Assembly (NCBI GenBank): GCA_050250895.1
Contig: JBFWNU010000005.1
Coordinates: 480,001 to 544,000 of the forward strand
From: Vulcanimicrobiota bacterium
GTDB taxonomy: Bacteria > Vulcanimicrobiota > Xenobia > Xenobiales > JADMJV01
DNA: 64,000 nt
Reading direction: 5' to 3'
Shown: positions 60,073-64,000 of the stretch, piece by piece
Layout: each line of letters begins with the position of its first letter
Numbering within the stretch: the first letter of the stretch is position 1
Program-made: the position numbers and the translations under genes
Notes under the pieces: model-generated
Seen by the model: only the letters and a program-made list of their open reading frames with translations
Databases searched by the model: none
What the model was told of the DNA's origin: nothing

Positions 60073-60450
60073 ATGGCTAGCACTGATACGCAAACCGCCG
60101 GCGGCCCCGAAGTCCGGGCCGTGGCCAAGTATATCCGCACTTCTCCTCGCAAGCTTCGCCTGGTGGCGGACCTGATTCGCGGCAAGTCGGTCAGCGATGC
60201 CCGCGTGATTCTGCAGTTCACCCCCAAGCGCGCCGCGGCCACGCTTCAGAAAGTGCTCGAGTCGGCTATCGCCAACGCCGAGAACAACGAAGAGCTCGAC
60301 GCCGAGGACCTGAGCATCCACAAGATCTTCGTGGATGAGGGCCCTACCATGAAGCGTTGGGTCCCCCGGGCTCGCGGGCGCGCCAGCGCCATCAAAAAGC
60401 GCACCAGTCACGTCACCGTCGTGGTGAAAGCAAGAGAGGAGGCTCGCTAG
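60073..60450 (+). CDS. rplV: 50S ribosomal protein L22
   Basis: [28 protein letters not shown]. Confidence 0.98.
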   Translation: MASTDTQTAGGPEVRAVAKYIRTSPRKLRLVADLIRGKSVSDARVILQFTPKRAAATLQKVLESAIANAENNEELDAEDLSIHKIFVDEGPTMKRWVPRARGRASAIKKRTSHVTVVVKAREEAR

Positions 60451-60451
60451 T

Positions 60452-61114
60452 ATGGGCCAGAAAATTCATCCCATTGGCTTCCGAGTCGGCATCATCCGCG
60501 GTTGGGAGTCCCGCTGGTTCCAAGAGAAGAGCTACGCTGAGTGGCTGGTCGAAGACCACAAGATCCGCCAATTCATCCGCGGCCACCTTCGCCACGCTGG
60601 CATCTCGCGCATCGAGATTGAGCGCGCCAACAAGACGCACATCATCGTCAACACGGCCAAGCCGGGTCTGGTGATCGGTAAGCGTGGCGCCGGGATCGAA
60701 GAACTGCGCCGCCGCATCGAGAAGCTGACCAAGCGCAACATCAAGATTTCGGTGAAAGAAGTCAAGCAACCTGAACTCGACGCTCACCTGGTCGGGCAGA
60801 ACATCTGCGAAGCCCTCGAAAAGCGCGTCGCGTTCCGCCGAGCCATGAAGCAGGCCGTAGGCCGCTCCATCAAGGCCGGCGCGCTGGGCGTCAAGATCCA
60901 GCTTTCGGGTCGCCTGGGTGGCAACGAAATTGCCCGCTCCGAGCGCAACTTCCAGGGTAAGGTGCCTCTGCACACCCTGCGCGCCGACGTTGACTACGCA
61001 ATTACCGAAGCTGCTACCACTGCCGGTCGAATCGGTGTGAAAGTGTGGATCTATCGGGGCGAGATTCTCCCCCAGACCCGCGCCGCCGACGCGCCCGCTG
61101 GCGGGAATGCCTAG
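60452..61114 (+). CDS. rpsC: 30S ribosomal protein S3
   Basis: [26 protein letters not shown]. Confidence 0.98.
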   Translation: MGQKIHPIGFRVGIIRGWESRWFQEKSYAEWLVEDHKIRQFIRGHLRHAGISRIEIERANKTHIIVNTAKPGLVIGKRGAGIEELRRRIEKLTKRNIKISVKEVKQPELDAHLVGQNICEALEKRVAFRRAMKQAVGRSIKAGALGVKIQLSGRLGGNEIARSERNFQGKVPLHTLRADVDYAITEAATTAGRIGVKVWIYRGEILPQTRAADAPAGGNA

Positions 61115-61122
61115 GAGGAGAC

Positions 61123-61548
61123 ATGCTAAGTCCTAAGAGAGTCAAATTCCGTAAAACCCATCGCGGCAACATGCGCGGTAAGTCTCACCGAGGCAACAAA
61201 GTGCAGTTCGGCCAGTTCGGCCTGCAGGCGCTTGAGCCCGGCTGGATCACCGCTCGCCAGATCGAGGCCGCTCGTATCGCGATGACCCGCCACATCAAGC
61301 GTGGTGGTAAAGTTTGGATCCGGGTTTTCCCTGACAAGCCGGTGACTAAGAAGCCCGCCGAAACCCGCATGGGTTCGGGTAAGGGTTCGCCGGAGTTCTG
61401 GGTGGCCGTGATCAAGCCGGGCCGCATCATGTTCGAGATCGCTGGCGTGGCTGAAAACGTGGCTCGTGACGCTATGCGTCTGGCCCAGTTCAAGCTTCCC
61501 ATCAAGACTCGTTTCCTGGTGCGTGAAGTCCTTGGGAGCGAAGAGTAA
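61123..61548 (+). CDS. rplP: 50S ribosomal protein L16
   Basis: [25 protein letters not shown]; RBS AGGAGG. Confidence 0.98.
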   Translation: MLSPKRVKFRKTHRGNMRGKSHRGNKVQFGQFGLQALEPGWITARQIEAARIAMTRHIKRGGKVWIRVFPDKPVTKKPAETRMGSGKGSPEFWVAVIKPGRIMFEIAGVAENVARDAMRLAQFKLPIKTRFLVREVLGSEE

Positions 61549-61772
61549 TGAGTAAGCTAAGCACATTTAGAGATAAGTTGCGCGAGCTTTCCCTCGAGGA
61601 ACTGCGCGGCAAACTGATCGAGAACAAGGAGGAGCTGTTCAACCTGCGGTTCCAGCTCGCCACCGGAAGTCTCGACAACAATCAGCGGATCCGTCAGGTC
61701 AAGCGCGACATCGCTCGGATTCACACCGTAATTAGAGAAAAAGAACTTGGTCTGAAGGCCGGTAAGGAGTAA
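61548..61772 (+). CDS. rpmC: 50S ribosomal protein L29
   Basis: [20 protein letters not shown]. Confidence 0.97.
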   Translation: MSKLSTFRDKLRELSLEELRGKLIENKEELFNLRFQLATGSLDNNQRIRQVKRDIARIHTVIREKELGLKAGKE

Positions 61773-61774
61773 CG

Positions 61775-62038
61775 ATGAGTCAGGAAGTTCGCGCTCGCCG
61801 CAAAGTTCGCATCGGCACCGTGGTTAGCGACAAGATGGACAAGACGGTCGTCGTCGAGGTCACTCGTCAGTTCCCGCACCGCCTTTACAAGAAAATCATC
61901 AAGCGCTCGAAGAAGTTCAAGGCGCACGACGAAGAAAACGCCTGTTCGATCGGCGACGTGGTCCGCATCATGGAGACGCGGCCTTTGTCCCGTGACAAGC
62001 GTTGGCGCGTCGTGACCATTCTCGAGAAGGCTCGCTAG
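61775..62038 (+). CDS. rpsQ: 30S ribosomal protein S17
   Basis: [27 protein letters not shown]. Confidence 0.98.
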   Translation: MSQEVRARRKVRIGTVVSDKMDKTVVVEVTRQFPHRLYKKIIKRSKKFKAHDEENACSIGDVVRIMETRPLSRDKRWRVVTILEKAR

Positions 62039-62049
62039 CGGAGGTAGAC

Positions 62050-62418
62050 ATGGTTCAACAAGAGAGTCGACTGCGGGTCGCCGACAACTCCGGCGCCCGC
62101 GAGATCTTGTGTATACGCGTCCTGGGTGGATCGGTCCGTCGCTATGCGGGCATCGGTGATATCATCGTAGCCAGCGTCAAAGCGGCCCAGCCCGGCGGCG
62201 CCATCAAAAAGGGCGACGTCGTCAAAGCGGTCGTGGTGCGCACCAAGCAGCGCATTCGCCGCCCAGACGGGTCTTACATCCGGTTCGACGATAACGCGGC
62301 GGTCATCATTCGTGAAGACCTCAACCCTCGTGGCACCCGTATCTTCGGCCCCGTCGCCCGCGAGCTGCGCGACCGCGACTTCATGAAGATCGTGTCGCTG
62401 GCCCCGGAGGTGCTGTGA
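62050..62418 (+). CDS. rplN: 50S ribosomal protein L14
   Basis: [26 protein letters not shown]; ATG 62050. Confidence 0.98.
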   Translation: MVQQESRLRVADNSGAREILCIRVLGGSVRRYAGIGDIIVASVKAAQPGGAIKKGDVVKAVVVRTKQRIRRPDGSYIRFDDNAAVIIREDLNPRGTRIFGPVARELRDRDFMKIVSLAPEVL

Positions 62419-62762
62419 TGTCAAAACGACATGTCAAAAAAGGCGACCAGGTCCTGGTTCTCACCGGCCGTGACAAGGGTCGCAAAGGAACCGTCCTCGA
62501 GGTGAATACCGAGAAGAATCGGGTAGTGGTGGAAGGCGTCAACATCGTCAAACGTCACCAGAAGCCCCAGCCTCCGGCTATTCCTCAGGGTGGTATCGTC
62601 GAGAAAGCTCTCTCGATTCACATCAGTAACGTGATGGTCATTTCGCCGGCCGATGGCAAGCCTACCCGCGTGCGTCGCGAGCGGCGCGAGTCCGACGACG
62701 GCAAGACCCGCGGCGTACGGTTGTCCAAAAAGGGTGACGACCTCTACGTCAAGGGTAAATAG
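62418..62762 (+). CDS. rplX: 50S ribosomal protein L24
   Basis: VKKGDQV.V.TGRDKG, VEGVN, IHISNV. Confidence 0.97.
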   Translation: MSKRHVKKGDQVLVLTGRDKGRKGTVLEVNTEKNRVVVEGVNIVKRHQKPQPPAIPQGGIVEKALSIHISNVMVISPADGKPTRVRRERRESDDGKTRGVRLSKKGDDLYVKGK

Positions 62763-62773
62763 CGGAGGAAGAG

Positions 62774-63415
62774 ATGGCGAAGAAACAGCCTCAGAAACAA
62801 GCAAAAGCCGGCAAAGGGAAAGACAGCGGAGGCGGCAAGAAGGACAAAGCCGCGGTCGCTCCTGACAAGATTCCCCTTCGCCTTCAGGAGATCTACAATC
62901 AGTCCGTTCGCACGGGCATGATGGAGAAATTCAAATACACCAACGTGATGGAGATCCCCCGACTCGAGAAGGTGATCGTAAACATGGGTGTGGGCGAGGC
63001 GATCGCCAACCCCAAGACCCTCGAGAACGCCGTCCGCGAACTCGAGCAGATCACCGGCCAGAAGCCGGTCGTCACCAAGGCTCGCAAGTCGATCTCGAAC
63101 TTCAAGCTGCGCCAGGGTGTCAAGATCGGAACCAAGGTGACGCTGCGTCGCCAGAAGATGTGGTTCTTCCTTGACAAGCTGTTCAACATCGTCCTGCCGC
63201 GCATTCGCGACTTCCGTGGACTGTCGGCCAAGGCGTTTGACGGCCGTGGCAACTATGCGATGGGTCTCAAAGAGCAGATCATCTTCCCCGAGATCGACTA
63301 CGACAAGGTCGACCGCGTGCGGGGTATGAACATCTGTATCGTGACCACCGCCAACACCGACGAAGAGGGTGCCGAGATGCTGCGCTTGCTGGGCTGCCCG
63401 ATTCAGGTTAAGTAA
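62774..63415 (+). CDS. rplE: 50S ribosomal protein L5 with Lys-rich N-terminal extension
   Basis: [29 protein letters not shown]. Confidence 0.98.
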   Translation: MAKKQPQKQAKAGKGKDSGGGKKDKAAVAPDKIPLRLQEIYNQSVRTGMMEKFKYTNVMEIPRLEKVIVNMGVGEAIANPKTLENAVRELEQITGQKPVVTKARKSISNFKLRQGVKIGTKVTLRRQKMWFFLDKLFNIVLPRIRDFRGLSAKAFDGRGNYAMGLKEQIIFPEIDYDKVDRVRGMNICIVTTANTDEEGAEMLRLLGCPIQVK

Positions 63416-63440
63416 GGTTATTTAGGAAAGGGATAAGAAG

Positions 63441-63842
63441 ATGCCGACCACCGATCCGATTGCGGACATGCTGACCAGAATTCGCAACGCCAATAAGGCG
63501 ATGCATGAACAGTGCGACATCCCCGCCTCCAAGATGAAGGAGCGGATCGCCAAGGTGCTCAAGACCGAAGGGTTCATCAAGGACTATCAGGTCATCAACA
63601 CCGGCGTTCAAGGAGTCATCCGGGTGTCGCTTAAGTATAGCTCGCATGACCGCTCTCGCGTCATTTCCGGCCTCGAGCGCGTCAGCCGTCCCGGCTTGCG
63701 CAAGTATGCCGGTTCGGGCGATATCCCTCGCCTTTATGGCGGTATGGGCACCGTCATCATGTCGACTCCCAAGGGAGTGATGACCGGCAAGAAGGCCCAA
63801 AAACAGAAGGTGGGCGGCGAAGTTCTCGCCTACGTTTGGTAG
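63441..63842 (+). CDS. rpsH: 30S ribosomal protein S8
   Basis: DPIADMLTRIRN, SRPGLR, GGEVLAYVW. Confidence 0.98.
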   Translation: MPTTDPIADMLTRIRNANKAMHEQCDIPASKMKERIAKVLKTEGFIKDYQVINTGVQGVIRVSLKYSSHDRSRVISGLERVSRPGLRKYAGSGDIPRLYGGMGTVIMSTPKGVMTGKKAQKQKVGGEVLAYVW

Positions 63843-63853
63843 AGGAGTAGAGC

Positions 63854-64000
63854 ATGTCTCGAATTGGCAAGAAACCGATCCCCGTTCCCAAAGGGGTGGA
63901 TATCAAAGTCGCAGAGGGCTTGGTCACGGTGAAGGGTCCCAAGGGTCAACTGACCCAGCACGTGGATCCCCTGCTCGACATCCAGGTCAATGACGGCGTT
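63854..64000 (+). CDS. rplF: 50S ribosomal protein L6 (3'-truncated by window)
   Basis: ATG 63854 reads [15 protein letters not shown]...VKGPKGQL. Confidence 0.95.
   Translation, partial: MSRIGKKPIPVPKGVDIKVAEGLVTVKGPKGQLTQHVDPLLDIQVNDGV

Overview
A GC-rich (~65% by eye) bacterial chromosomal window with no CRISPR array, prophage, integrase or IS. In order it contains: (1) a 5'-truncated tandem-USP gene; (2) a ~1960-aa STAND/NACHT-like NTPase with ~47-aa TPR-like repeats; (3) an LPS/heptose and glycosyltransferase region (LpxB-like, split hldA/hldC, a deoxyhypusine-synthase-fold protein, GT4s, GT9, a methyltransferase), interrupted by a minor-pilin trio, a PilC/GspF gene and a transglutaminase-like gene; (4) an ABC-2 transporter; (5) a 460-bp non-coding element of nested inverted triplet repeats; (6) an amidase, a GAF-GGDEF cyclase and tRNA-Gly/Cys/Val; (7) DUF697-like, DUF5693, SPFH and 3D-domain genes, the last behind a structured leader; (8) an ArnT/GT2/LAB_N lipid A modification trio; (9) a five-gene amino-acid operon; (10) PlsC and an MscS-cNMP channel; (11) the str, S10 and start of the spc ribosomal operons, with rpsN missing from its usual place. 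The best candidate for an undescribed system is the operon at 39928-48614. It is led by an 1174-aa fusion of an active lysine-6-aminotransferase-like domain, a GNAT domain and a catalytically dead aminotransferase domain that appears to supply the missing half of the active site. It is followed by an AstD-like dehydrogenase, a fused CoA-transferase, a C45 Ntn-hydrolase and a second class III aminotransferase. LPS genes together with Terrabacteria-type features suggest a diderm Terrabacteria lineage such as Ca. Eremiobacterota/Vulcanimicrobiota (inference only). All calls come from reading motifs by eye; no searches were run.
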